64,000 bases of DNA from Saccostrea cucullata (Eukaryota). Of this stretch, positions 22,285-35,731 are shown one piece after another. How positions within the stretch are numbered: the stretch's first letter is position 1; each line of letters opens with the position of its first letter. The notes below the pieces were generated by a model, which was given only the letters and a program-made list of their open reading frames with translations, was not told where the DNA came from and did not search any database. A program made the position numbers and the translations under genes. Location of the stretch: NCBI RefSeq assembly GCF_032062105.1, contig NW_026930368.1, forward strand, positions 248,001 through 312,000. The letters are read 5' to 3'.

Positions 22285-23100
22285 AACTTGGGTATGAACT
22301 TATCCTGGTCACTCATTTAGAAAATGTAAATCAAATCTAGCATCCTTAGCAAGTGCAGAAGAATACATCCTTAGATGTATCGTATATGCAAGTTTGGCCC
22401 AGGTAAGGCAAATAACACTTACGAAATAACTGCTTCAAAAAGTTTAAATTGGTCTCTCATCTCAAAATGTTGGTCAAATCCAGCATCTGAAGCGATTCTA
22501 AAAGTCTGCTCCTTAGAGGTATGATATTATCTTTGCAAGTTTGGTCCATGCTCCAGAACTTTTAACCTGGTCACTCAGCACCCATTAAAGGAAGCAACGA
22601 ATTGTGCAGCCTTTTTTAATCATCAATGCAAGTTTAGTCAACATACCGGTATGCTTTAATTTGTTTAAGTAACTTTGGAATGAATCTGCTCCAAAAATTT
22701 TAACCTGGTCACTCAAAAGGAAAGCCAGATCCATCATCTGAACCAAGCCTGGTATGTACATCCTTAGATTATCATCCATGCAAGTTTGGTAAATATAAGG
22801 CTCATTGCGAAACTTTAGGGGAAATTGCTCCAGAACTTTATCCAAGTCACTCATCTGGAAAATGTAGGTCATATCTAAAAGGCTCCGAAACATTAACCTA
22901 GCTGGTCACTCACCCGGAAAATGCTGGTCAGATCCAGTATCCGAAGCAGGCCTGGAGAGTGCATCCTTAGATGAAGTATCATCCATGCAAGTTTGGTCAA
23001 CATAGGGCGAATAGCGCAGTTACAGTATTAGGATATTGGACCTGGTCCAAGAACTTTAACCTGCTTTAAAAAATTCAACCTGTTCCAAAACAGTAACCCT
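22285..23100. repeat. Degenerate tandem repeat array
   Basis: Recurring CCTGGTCACTCA...CATCCTTAGAT...CATGCAAGTTTGG...CCAGAACTTT. Confidence 0.6.
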
Positions 23101-23510
23101 GGCATATTTTACCTGAAATTGCACTATCTAAAACTTTGACTTGTACAATAAAATCATCCGTGTTCTTAATGAAAAAAAAGACATAGGAGGGTTGAAGTGG
23201 TGATTTGAGGAATGGGCGAATAGAAAATTTTGTTGATGAAATAACTGTTGAGTACAAATGAGACATTGTAATAAAGTTGTGTCCCCGAAATCGAAGATTG
23301 TGTCTGTTTGTCCTAAAAAAGACTAACTTTAACCATAACTTTAGATTGGTTGGAGTTGAGGCTTTTATATTTCACGAGTTCATTCCTTGCGACAAGGCTT
23401 ATCATTGGTACTTATATGTTTGACCTCTTGAATTTGATCTTGGAGTTTGATCCATTTTTACAAAAAATCACCAAACTTCCTTGATCGTAACTTAGGAACA
23501 TTTGGTACAA

Positions 23511-23854
23511 CATCGTCGCAAACCTCGGCCAAAATGTGCGATCCTCTCCCATTTGTGGTTGCATGAGAAGAGAATATTTCGTACTTCATTAAAATATTGA
23601 TCAATGTGAGTAAAGCATAGACGGAAAATGAACTTTGTCGCGACCTTTCAACAGCCAATCACAATGAACGAAATATTTTTTGTTTACTGATGATGTCAAT
23701 GTTGATTTCAATTACGATGGAAACAAATATTGTCATTGGCTGAACATGATGTCACAGCATAGAGGTGTAAATATTCAAGATTACGACACTTTATGTGATC
23801 AAGCAGCCACGGGTAGGAGAGAGCTACATGCGGACTCCCTGGCTTGAGACGATG
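23511..23854. mobile_element. MITE with CATCGTC termini and 9-bp TSD
   Basis: CATCGTCGCAA...TTGAGACGATG; perfect TTGGTACAA at 23502-23510 and 23855-23863. Sits inside an older degenerate repeat (~23280-24120). Confidence 0.85.
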
Positions 23855-25952
23855 TTGGTACAAGGGCTTCAAACATATATTCCATGTGACAATATCTTTT
23901 CATTAATAATTTTTTTCCTTTCGACCTTGACCTTTGAGTTTGACCCACTTAAAAAAATACTTTGGCTTTAACTTTTGAATATGGTCGGTGCTTGAGCTTA
24001 CATATTTCACAAGAATATTCATTGAGAAAGTCATTTTTGGGTGTCACAAAATGTTTTATCTCTTGACATAGGCCTTGGAGTTTGACTTGCATTAAAAGAA
24101 ACCTTTACCTTTGTCATAAGATACCATACGGTGTTTCTTTTTAAAAAAGCTTGTTTGAAATTGCATTTGGGACTCATGACTCATGAGGAGTGGGTAATAT
24201 TATGATATGAGATATCCTAGTTTGAGATCTCTCTCAGGATTACATTCTGGACGGTTGAATAGGACAGTTTCTGAAGAAAAGTCAAGATTGGAGGGGAATA
24301 AGAAGATCAATATAATAATCTAAAATGGAATTTAGATTATTACTTCCGTATATAAATGTAAATAAGTTGTCTTTGTTAGGTACTGAGAAGTTATTTAAGC
24401 TTTCCTACGATGCATATTTTAGCAAGTTGCTCAGTTTGGATCGAGAATTATTTTAACTTAAATTAATTTTGTTACGTCTACTCGATTACACATATTTCAG
24501 ATCTATTAGTAGAATAGAAATAAAGTCCTTGTTGTAGTGAATATAAACCTACTCTTCTCGAAATGTTGTTTGAAATAGCCTCGGCTTTTATATTTCAAAC
24601 AACATTTCGGGACCGGGATGATTATCTTGCGCGATATCGCAGACTTTATTTCTTAAGGTTCATAAACCCTCTGCTCACTCATATGAAATTTTTCTTTAAC
24701 TTTTATGATTTTCCAAAGGAAATGTATGTGCTGAATAGAATATAAACAATTATAGCATGGCTTGCGGGGCAAAATTTGACAAAAAAGGTACTTAAACTTG
24801 ACAAATTTATAAAGGAATAATAGACATTTGTGACATTAAGAGTTATCTCTCTTATCAGATTATCAATGTACCTTACATAAATGGCAACACAGGTTTAAAC
24901 ATTAAGCATGTTATATTATCAAAAAATAAATATTTCTAACTTTCTTTCCGACTCATGGCCCTGCAAAATCAAAGTACAAAACCTCAGCAATTTACATGTG
25001 TATACAATAATCAAGTATTCATATAATAATATAAAACACTAATCATAAATAAAATAGTCTCTCACTAATTAATACAAAAAATTTGCGCGTATCTTAACGC
25101 ATTGACTCAATATCGTTGTAGTTTTTAATGTTTTAAAATACATAAGTTTGATTTATAAAGTGGTCTCCACTGAATCTATCTAATTATGAAAGTTTATCAA
25201 TAAAATTAAAGTAATTTACACTTACATTTACAAATTACGTTTAGCAATCCGCTTACCAAAATAATGGAATTTAGGCTCTTCAATAAGTATTATCTGGAAA
25301 TTTACTAAATGCTCTGCTGTTCTAAAAAGAATCAAAAATGCAAGTTTTTAATCACTGGAAATACAGAAATGCAGAAATCTCATCCTGAAACAAGATTAAA
25401 AAAACAAAAAAAAAAAACAAACCAAAACCCATGACTGAAAATCCAAAAGCCCCCAAACTATAAACTCATAATACACAACCTGTTGGTACAAAAGCACGGG
25501 ACAAAAGTTACCAATACCTCAGAAAAATTCAAAAACCTGTGCATGGTCACCAGTCATGTGATAGGTCTGTACCAATCGCTCAACAGAGTTTTGGCGGGAA
25601 AATAATTAATTCAACAAAATTGTAAAATGAATTAACACAGACACTTTTAATAACTTTGTAATGAAACATGTTTGGAAAACTTACATTTACCTGCCTATAT
25701 TCATAATTATAAGTGCATAAAAATGAGAAACATAATTTTAAAGTTATATACAAATCTCTGATAATCTACATATAGAGCCCCCCCCCCCCCCCCCGCATCC
25801 TTTTCCTAGTATTTTCCAAAACATCTCTCATTTTCCATTTTTCATTATAACATTTGATATGCCAGGAAACATCAAATATAAAAATTCTTTTAACAGGCCT
25901 GGAAATTCGCTTACTAATCTTTCAGGACAATTTATTGTGCGACTGTTCAATA

Positions 25953-25973
25953 ACTTCCGGTAAAAGTGAAAGT
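25953..25973 (+). promoter_or_regulatory. Adjacent ETS (ACTTCCGG) and IRF/ISRE-like (AAAAGTGAAAGT) motifs upstream of CMTR2
   Basis: ACTTCCGGTAAAAGTGAAAGT about 350 bp upstream of the ATG; acceptor ...AACAG ends at 26292. Motif match only. Confidence 0.4.
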
Positions 25974-26324
25974 AGAAAATGAACTGCTAGAGACGAATTG
26001 ACAACGTGCAAAAAATGAAAAAAATCTTTGATTCAACAATTATGTTTATCAGTTTTATATTTTAATTTTTAAAATCATTTAATTTCAAGCTTTTATTTCC
26101 AGTTTATTATATTTACGTTGTCAAATCTGAACGAAGCGGACGCAAACTTGCAGCATGTGCTCTTTGGAAACCCATGGATTTATGTTTTTGTCATGAGACA
26201 AACACTTTTTACATACTATAACATAATTTTATGTGAAATTTCGACACAATGATTTAACATGATGACTTCTGATTTCGTTCATTCATGAACAGGGAACATG
26301 TATCGACTAAGCTGAAGGAATACC

Positions 26325-29300
26325 ATGGATCGTGTGAGGAAAAGGAAACTTTCGGGAACAGGAAACCAATTAGATCCAAGCTCAAAACAAAAAATAAAAA
26401 CTTTGTTTTATAAAAAATTTAAATACAACAGAGTTAACAAGTGGCATTTACCATCATTGTTTAAAAAAGAAGGTCAAAAATGGACACATCCAGTTCTTCA
26501 GAGTTTGAAGGAGAAACTAAACTGTGTGAAAGACAAGTTGAGTGATAAGGAAATTTATTCATGGCATGAACACACAAAATTCATGAACATTGCTGGCAGT
26601 GTAATATCAACTGTGAAACAAGTGATCCGTCCTGAACTGTGTACTCAAGCATGGTGCAAGTTTTATGAAATTCTTTCAGCTTATCCATTGATAAATCAAA
26701 ACATTGCAAATCTGAATACAGTTCATCTTTGTGAAGCACCAGGGGCGTTTATAACAAGTTTGAACCATTATCTTGTTTCCAGTGGTAAGTGCATTGGTCA
26801 TTGTTGAACTAGATGTATACATTTACACAATGAAGAAAATGAATTTAGGAGAATTATTTTTTATCTTGTTATGTCAGATATGAAGCTTTTAACACTAAAA
26901 TTGGACCTGCAAGTCTTCACAAAGCAGGCAATCATACAGTATACAAGTACATGTAAATTTTACAATGTACTATCAATATGGTTTGACTAATTTATATTAA
27001 AGGCAAGTCTTCTAGAAAATTATTCTTGTAAAAGTATAAATATTGCCTAGATGTTTAAAAGGAAAACTCAAATGGAGCGTAACATACTTTTTCTTTTTCA
27101 TCTAGACTATAATGGAACATGGACTTGGATAGGAAGTACTTTGAATCCTTACTATGAGGGGAACCCCCTGGGTAAGATGATTGACGATGATCGCTTCATC
27201 AGAGGAAGTTTGGATTACTGGTATTTTGGTGCAGACAACACAGGAAATCTGATGGAGTTCAGTAATTTAGAGGGTCTCCTTCATGTGGCTTCTACCATGG
27301 GAGATGTACAGCTGGTATGTTTATTCACTTTAGTGACTGTCATGATCAAGGACTCGGTCTCCTTAGAACTTGAAAAATAAGTAATCAGTCACAATGTGGT
27401 CATTGGTAATTTGTTCAACTTGGCATGCTTTAATCATTAATCATGTTAATTACATGATTATACCACTGATAGAAATTGTACAAATGCTCTTTAAATAGTG
27501 TAAAGAAATTTTGATTTAGTACGCAGCATTTGAAGGTAAGATATTCCATAATGGAATTTTAGTTTTCAGAAATATTAGAAGTATGTATAAAATGTATTTT
27601 ACCATTCATAATAAATGTATATTAGATGAAAGGAATAAGTGCTTCTCTGTCTATCTCTGATTTTGATTAATAAGTTTAAAAAAAATCATACCAGAATACA
27701 TCTTTTAATTAGTAAAACAGTGCTATTTACCACAGAAAATATTCATCTTTAAATTACAAGATGTATGTAAAATGTTAAACAGTCAAATTGAATATATATA
27801 GAATTTCTTTGATTCTATTCATGCCCAGGTCACAGCAGATGGCTCCATTGACTGTCAGGATGACCCCGGCGAACAGGAACAAATTGTGTCCCGCCTACAC
27901 TACTGTGAGGCCCTGGCGGGGATTCTTATTCTCTCCCCCGGAGGCCACTTAGTGATTAAGAAATTCACCATGTTTGATAGTGAGACTATCAGTCTGATGT
28001 ACATACTGTGCTGCTTATTTGAGGAGGTATTATGCTTGCTTTATATATGTTGTACTCGTTCCAAATTAGACTGACAAAATGTTTGATTGCTGTATTTTTG
28101 TGATCATTATCCTTTTTTGTAGATAAATGTTTTTAAACCTGCAACAAGCAAAAGTGGAAATTCAGAAGTTTATGTTATTTGTTTGAACTTTCTAGGACTA
28201 GGAGAAAGAATAGATGAATTCAAACAATTTTGTAAACCTTTTTTTGGTAAGTGTTAACATGCTAACGACTGTCTGAATCTGATTTGAATGCTCTGTAAAT
28301 GAGGGTATTATTTTTGAAATATATTGATGTCCACCAATTTCGAGAATAGTCCTTTTTCCTCAACTGGATTGAATTTTCAAAAACAATGACAGACACTATT
28401 TTATATAATTCTAATTATGCTCTATATGGAAACAAAAGGAAATTATTTGATGAATGTTTTGTCTACAGAGGATGAGAACCACGACTTCAGATTTCCTGAG
28501 AGTTGTCTCCCTTCAGAGTTTGTGTTGGAACACATCAGAATTTGTGAGGAGTTTACAGACCTACAAATGGACACCATTAAATGTAACCTGGACCATTATC
28601 CCAGAGTGTCTGAATCGTACAGTCGGTGGATGGAGGACATAAGAGATGCCTGTGCCGATTTCTATCTAGACACGTATAATCTCCACCCTATACCCATACA
28701 GAGCAGAATGCTGCCGTATCAAAAGGTATAAATCATGAATAAAAATCACATGACTTCAAAATAAGCAGAAAGTGGCAGCCAATGTATCTGTTGCACTAAT
28801 GTAAAATATTAAATGTGAGTTGTTTTTAAAATTAAAAACATTTTATTATGCTTCTGTGGTACAAATGGAAATAAGTTGAAGATTAACTATGGAAACCCCA
28901 GATTAAAATTGAAAAAAAAAAAAAAAAAGGGTTTTTAATTAATTTGTATTAATTTTGCAGATTCTGAATGCATGAACACATATTTTATTTTTTTTCCAGA
29001 AAAAGAAAAATTGCATGGCTTTGTATCAAAACAATTCTTTTCCTGTCAAGGAACTTGAAAAACCTAAGAAGGGAACTTTTAATGAAAGACAAAAGATGAT
29101 CGGTGCATCTCTGTATGAACAAGTGAAATTAATTGATCCTTATAAAGTAGAAACAACAAAGTCATTTAATTTTCAGGTAAGAATTAAATTCTGAAAATAA
29201 ATATATGCTCGTCTTTTATTACTGCATTTTCCAATTTGACATCTGAGCTAGATTTTAATTAGAGAGTTATACATGTATTTACTTTAAAACAAGGTAAACC

Positions 29301-31398
29301 TGATTTTGTTGTAATCTGTAATAGTCAGGGAAAGAGGATGTACAAGGAATAGAAAGGTGGACATTATCACATGGGAAACCTGTATTGAACATCCATAGCT
29401 CATGTTTTTGTTCTGGGAAGCTGGTGCAACAAATGAACCTTTTGCAGGTAAAGGAATAAGTCATATGCTGATGTTTTACATTTGTCAATTTTTTGACATT
29501 AATGTTTACATTTTCTCTAAACTAATTGGAAAACAATTTTACCGAGAACTAAAAGGAAATGATCCTTGTCACAATGAATGATGAAAGTTCACTTTACTTT
29601 TAAAACTGATTGTTAATAACATCATTTAAGTTTTTCTCTGTGAAAGATAAAAATAGTATTCTATTGCCTTCTGAATCAATCCAAAGATGGCTATGTATAA
29701 CCAAGATTGAATGTTTAATTTGCAGAGGTACGAAAAATCAGATACAAAAATAACAGACTTGGTTGTTGAGGCTTTATCAGTATTACATGCTGAAAATCAG
29801 AGACCGCTCTCAGTTGTTGTCAGTGAGACTATCCAGGGGAACATAACTGAGCAAAGCATCCAGTACCTTGACTTTGTAAACAAAGTGAGTAGTTTTCCTT
29901 ACGACTGACTTGCAGAAAATTAAGTATTTGAACTTTTCATGATTTATAAAAAGAAAAAAAAATGTTTGAAAGTTTTATTCAGAAATTGAACCACATACAT
30001 GTGTCACTAATGCACCCTTTATGTGCACTTCTCTACAGAACATAAGTCCACATGTACAGTTGCCAAATATTGAAGGAGAAAATGTGAGGGAGGAGATTGT
30101 TTGCCATGTGATGGGGACTGGATTAATGGATGAATTGGGGTCACAGATAATGATATTAGAGGAGGCTATTTCTCTTTTGCAGGTAATGAAAATTCAATAA
30201 ACATAATCCAGTAACATTAATCATTTACCTCCCTTGTAAAGGTAATGAATGAAAATCTGCATGAATAAACAGTTCATGACCACCATGAACTGGACATCTG
30301 TCAGAATAAAATTGGAAATTTTTATTAAAATATTTTTCTGTAAATAAATTGTTACAGTCAATCTAAATATATACATACTAATAATGTTGCTCAAACTTAT
30401 GGTGAATAATTTCTTGCTTCAGAACATTAAGGCTGGAGATTCCTTCATTTGGATACTATCAACCTGCCTCCTGAGGTGGACAGCTGGAGTTGTCTTTCTT
30501 TTATCAATTTGTTTTCATAAGGTTAGACATCTTAAAACTTTATATTCATTTGCTCATATAAAAGTAGAAATGCAGGATCTAGAAATTTAAAATTGAGATA
30601 ATCAGAGCTTCTCAAATTCTAATGTTTAGCCATAAAATATGTTCACACCAAGTACAAAATTGAAGGTCTCTTGAAGTGGTTAGCTTCACAAATGTGACAC
30701 AGATTTCATTGAACCCATGATTAAGAAGGATTGCATGTTCCAGTGAAAGACTATATTGTAGTCACCTCCTTAAACCCATGTATTTTAGCTCAAGCCAGAG
30801 GTTTCAAATGTCAGGCTTTTACTTCATCTGCTTCCTCTCACAGCACTTATACCATCCTTCGCAACCCATTATGAACCATCTAGATTTATTTTTAACTTGG
30901 TTCACAAATCAATTTTAAAATTACTGTAAATGCATTTACTTTTCAATTTTCTATAATAGATGAGTATAAAATGCTTAATGGATTCTTTGATGTTATCTTA
31001 TAGGTGCTAATGGTTCCCTCCCCTTCTTCGTCTCTAGCCCAGGCTTTAGTGTGTGTGCAGTACAAACCAGAAACTGCGTTAGATTTATCCCACATGGAGA
31101 ATATCAAGAAACAAAGATCAAAACATGGAACGCTGATAGAAACTGTCCCAATTCATATACTTCTCAACAGTAAGATATTAGTTTATTGTGCATTTCTGTA
31201 ACAAAATATTTTGTGAAAAATAATTGCATTTTAATATATTTTTAAAGCTTTTCATAGGAACAATTCTTATAGATGTGCATTCTGTTTTCAGATGATGAAT
31301 TTGCACACTTTTTAAGAAGCAGCAATGAATATCTTATCAAAAGTTTCATATCAGAATCCATGAGGAAAATTCAGACAACAGATAGTAAAAAGGAATGA
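26325..31398 (+). CDS. CMTR2: Cap-specific mRNA (nucleoside-2'-O)-methyltransferase 2, 12 coding exons, ~740 aa
   Basis: Exons 26325-26784, 27106-27314, 27829-28026, 28123-28246, 28469-28725, 29000-29176, 29325-29447, 29726-29884, 30039-30182, 30423-30521, 31004-31169, 31292-31398; all GT-AG and in frame. Motifs [55 protein letters not shown]. Confidence 0.93.
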
Positions 31399-31729
31399 AG
31401 TCAAAATTTAGACTTCCAAGAAATGCTCAGTATTTCATAGTTCCAGCAGGCAAAGGCAGCTTTCAGTTCTTCCAAATAAACATTTTTATTTTTCTTTGTT
31501 AATAAAAAATGCTGCAGATTTGATGGAACTCTCAGTGTTCACAGAGTAGCAAATCAAATGTTTTTCATCTTTTTAAAAATAAAAACAGCTATTGCTGAAT
31601 GAAATACCGGGGGTATGTTTGTCTTTTCATTCTGGAAAAAAGTTACGTTACTAGTAAATCTTTATAAAATTTAGATTGAATGGTATTGTAGATTCTTCAC
31701 AGTTGCTAGTGGAGAAAATATATCATGTA

Positions 31730-31930
31730 CTGTAAAAGCACAAATATTTGTGGGGGATAAAATTTTGCTTATTTTGTTGTAAACAATTATCAACAAAATA
31801 AAATCCCACACAAAATTTTATATGACTATATATTGAATAGGGTTACTTTCAAAACAACTTAAATACCCACGAAACCTTTTTAGATGACAAATAACAAAAT
31901 TTTATCCCACAAAAATTTGTGCTTCTACAG
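31730..31930. mobile_element. CTGT...ACAG-type MITE between the convergent CMTR2 and VHL 3' ends
   Basis: TACTGTAAAAGCACAAATATTTGTGGG...CCCACAAAAATTTGTGCTTCTACAGTA. Confidence 0.8.
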
Positions 31931-32742
31931 TATCTATTGTCCCAGTTTTGAGAAAGCCAGGGGACATTACATATCATTTGTTTGTCAGTCTGTCCCCAAA
32001 ACTGTTCTCCATGATTTGAATACATGCCAGGTATTCAAAGAGAATGGATATGCTTGAGAATTTCAATTTATTTTCATCATCATCTGAGCAGATGTTGTGT
32101 ATATAAAGAACTCGGATGACTGTAACGAATTGTACACTGCTTGTAGCAGGTTTTGAATTTTAATTGTTACATAATCTAACGTAAAACTGCACTTGAACAC
32201 AAAAAATACAGCTACCCAGGGTATATTATTTACTCAGTACTTGACATACATGTATACCCCTAAAAAGATTCACATTCCTACTTGAAATACATTTCATAGT
32301 CATCAGTGGGCTACGTTTAGCGTACTGTTCTTAATTAATACTAGTGACCATTAACCTCAGATTAATTTTATAAATCATCACATTCTGCAATGATTTTGGT
32401 AAAAAATTTTCAGTAGATTATTTATAGTTTTAAAATTACATGATTTAAAATCTTCCCATGCTGTTTTGGTTTTGAGGGTAAAAAATGAATGTTGAATATC
32501 AATGAGTAAATGACATGCAAGGGAACAATTTTATGAAGTCATCTCAGGGTTATCTTATAATATCTGTAATCTAAAAGCACTCTAGCACAAATGAATATAT
32601 ATAAATGTGTGTGCACAAAATACAATGCATTTTTGCACACATAGATTGGAAATTCCTGAATCCTTTTCTTCAAAATAGGAAATGAATAAGAACGAATGTA
32701 CAAAACATCTGTTTAAATTTTCCACATTCCTTGGTGGTTCCA

Positions 32743-33381
32743 TCAGTTCATTCCTTCTTGGTCAGGAGGGGGAATAACTTTTGCAGTTGATCGCAGTCCA
32801 CTGGCTATTGCAGGTGTGTCATATTTCTCATACATTTCTTGTAACAATGAAGTCGGCAGATCCAGTTTGTTGATGTTGTTTTTCGGCAGATGCTTTTTAA
32901 AAAACCTTATACAGGAGTCCTTTAATGAGTAAACTGGAAAAAAACCAAAGCACCTTATTACATTCACGATATACTTGGGAAAACAATTAAATATTGATCT
33001 GAATTTGGAGAGAATATAAATACACTGTATATACATACTGGGAATTGTAATATTGACAACTTTTCGCACTGGTTTTATCGGCCACTGGCTTGGTACCCAT
33101 CCTGTAGTAGGCTCATACACAGATTTCAGGTCAACAACCAGTCTCTCACCAGATTCCACATCCAAGAAAATCCAAGGATGCCCTACGTAAGTGTTCACAT
33201 CCACAAATTCATAGGCTTGCAAAGTCTTGTATTTCACTCTTGCACCTTCATAGTTTAACCAAATAATGTCAACGCCTCTTTCTGTTCTGTTTTTAAATCG
33301 GACAAGTGAGCAAACAATGGATTTTTTGGACTTCCTGACTTCTACCCCTTGGTCCATGGAACCCCCAGGGGCTCCAGCCAT
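32743..33381 (-). CDS. VHL: von Hippel-Lindau protein (E3 ligase substrate receptor), ~177 aa, 2 coding exons
   Basis: Exons 33039-33381 and 32743-32933. Beta domain VRFKNRTERGVDIIWLNYEGARVKY...NTYVGHPWIF; BC box YSLKDSC; LDLPTSL. Upstream acceptor at 33492; probable first exon ending at 35398. Confidence 0.92.
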   Translation of the reverse strand: MAGAPGGSMDQGVEVRKSKKSIVCSLVRFKNRTERGVDIIWLNYEGARVKYKTLQAYEFVDVNTYVGHPWIFLDVESGERLVVDLKSVYEPTTGWVPSQWPIKPVRKVVNITIPSMYIQCIYILSKFRSIFNCFPKYIVNVIRCFGFFPVYSLKDSCIRFFKKHLPKNNINKLDLPTSLLQEMYEKYDTPAIASGLRSTAKVIPPPDQEGMN

Positions 33382-34245
33382 CTTCAAGTTTTCTAAATGA
33401 CTATTTTGGTCATTTTGGAATTTGTAATGATACCAAAAACAGTCCTTAAATGTTAGTTGTTCTAGGTCACTCTCATATAATAAGTTCTTCACTAAAAAAA
33501 AAAAGAAGAATTAGCATGATTAGTATCTTTATATAAATAATAAGAAATGAAAGCTAAAAGATACATGTAAAATAAGAAACACCAGTCATATATTCTAATT
33601 ATTCTTATTCTAAGACTGAACTAGTTTTAATACCCAAAAATATATAGTTTTTGGTATGCTAGCAGTCTGTTCGTCTATTAATCTGTTTGTCAGATCTACA
33701 AAAACTTCAACTTTGCACAAAACTTTTGAATTTAATGTTTGGTGCAAAGGCTTTTATATTTCAATTGTATTGTGAATATTTCTTGTGGCACAACCATTCT
33801 TTGAGTGCCAACATTTCTGACCTCTTGTCCTTGATCTTGATCTTCTTTTGCAAAATTTTACCAAACTTTAACTTTAATCTTGGCCATTACTTTTAAATAA
33901 CATTGCTAAGGCTTTTATATTTGGAAAGTATATTCCATGCAACTAGAGCTTTCTTTGGATTCCAACATTTTTTGCCTTGACCTTGGAGTTTGACCTAAAT
34001 TTAAACAACTGAAGTCTTTCATCTCGGCCCTAACTTTTAATTGATCGCCATTTGGTTTTAGGACTCTCATTTATAGCAATTATTTCTGATCATGTGTCCT
34101 TGACCTTTGACCTACATTTTGTGAAAATCTTTTCTATAAGTTATACACATATACATGTATGATGTAGAATAACTCTTGAATGGTTGCTGGAGCAAGGTCT
34201 TTTAACAGGTTGGGACCAATCGCCAAAATGGGATATAATAGTCCA

Positions 34246-35265
34246 TTTGGGTATAATATCCCAAATGGGCCATAAATTTACAGTGCAAAAATTTAAAATT
34301 TTTATTTTGGCAATAAATATCATAAATCCGCATCAAAACACTTAAAAAGGAATAACATTTGGTAAGCAAGTTTTTCTGCAACCCTACCGTTTCTTAGATT
34401 GATCCCCAAGAAATTAAGGAACTTCCGAGGGATCAATCTCTTAAACAAGAGTGCGTCGATTTACCCAAATTGACCCAAATGGAACCCAAATGGACCCAAA
34501 TGGAAACTCAAATGGACCCAAATGGAAATCAAATGGACCCAAATGGAATATAAAATATATATGTTATATCGTATTCTCAAGTTTTTACTTATTTAAAATA
34601 TAGAAAATAATGAAATTAAAACAAAAAGAGAATATTTTAATATCATTATTTTCTTCAATGTATTTTTTAAAATGCGATTTAATTCTATTTGTAATAACTG
34701 TTGAACATAATTGAATACAAAACTGAAGTATTTGATAGTTTCTATGGCCGTAGGAACGGATGGGGGGGGGGGGGGGGGGGAGGCCATGTCACCCCACCCC
34801 CCGCCCCTACCCCCAAATAATTTTGCCGTCATATAGAATGCTAACTTCATGTTTCAAAATACAATATTAGAGATTAACAGGGACCTATATACTAACGTTA
34901 TATATAGGTCCCTGAGATTAATAATAAAAAAAAATCCATTTGTAACTGTAAGTTCATTTATTTTCATCATTTTAAATAAGTATTAAAATACGATAATACA
35001 TATTTAATATTCCATTTGATTTCCATTTGGGTCCATTTGTGTTTCCATTTGGGTCCATTTGTTTCCATTTGGGTTCCATTTGGGTTCCATTTGGGTAAAT
35101 CGACGCGCCGCCTAAACAATGAATGGGCATACAGGAAAACTTGTCAACCAAAAGTTATTCCTTTTTTAGTGTCCTGATGCGGATTTATAATATTTATAGC
35201 CAAAATAAAAATTTTAAATTTTTTCACTGTAAATTTATAGCCCATTTGGGATATTATATCCCAAA
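34246..35265. mobile_element. Nested inverted-repeat elements in the probable first intron of VHL
   Basis: Outer long TIR (TATCCCAAATGGGC.ATAAATTTACAGTG...AAATTTAAAATTTT) at both ends; inner element ~34449-35111 with TIR GCGTCGATTTACCCAAAT and CCCAAATGGA subrepeats; innermost 37-bp element at 34878-34914. Confidence 0.75.
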
Positions 35266-35443
35266 CAAGTGTAGGGTTGGTCAAAGAGAAAGAAGACAAA
35301 CTGGTCGTGACAGTTATGGCTTTGCATTGGAATTCCATTTGCTGTCTTTCTCAAAAAATTATCCATATATAAAAAAGAAAATTCATAGTAAACTTACGGT
35401 ATACCACACACGGTCATTTAAAACGCTTTTGTCGTTTTGACAT

Positions 35444-35731
35444 CTTTTCAGGACAGACTGTTTTTGAGGTTTGGCTAAAACCAGCAGTAAGTGCGTGTGT
35501 GGTTTTTTTAAAAATACTTTAACCATGTCAACACAAGAAAAATTAATGTAAAAATATATTCTAAATATATGTAAAATACGTATGTAAGAATCGTCATTAT
35601 TTAATTGTTAGTCGATTTATTTTACTTTTTTAAGTACATTAGTTATCCTTAGGACTTGTTGGCATTGTTTACTTCCGGTTTTAAAAGAGAAAGTAGGCTG
35701 TGAAGCTTAACGTTGATGTAATTGAAAGGAT
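35444..35731. promoter_or_regulatory. Putative bidirectional promoter between VHL and SRXN1
   Basis: Under 300 bp separate the inferred VHL first exon from the first SRXN1 ATG; ETS motif ACTTCCGG at 35671-35678. Confidence 0.5.

Noticed and set aside
32743-33492. 249-aa single-exon VHL as given by the ORF track
   Set aside because: Its GTG start overlaps a splice acceptor and it reads through a canonical 105-bp intron.
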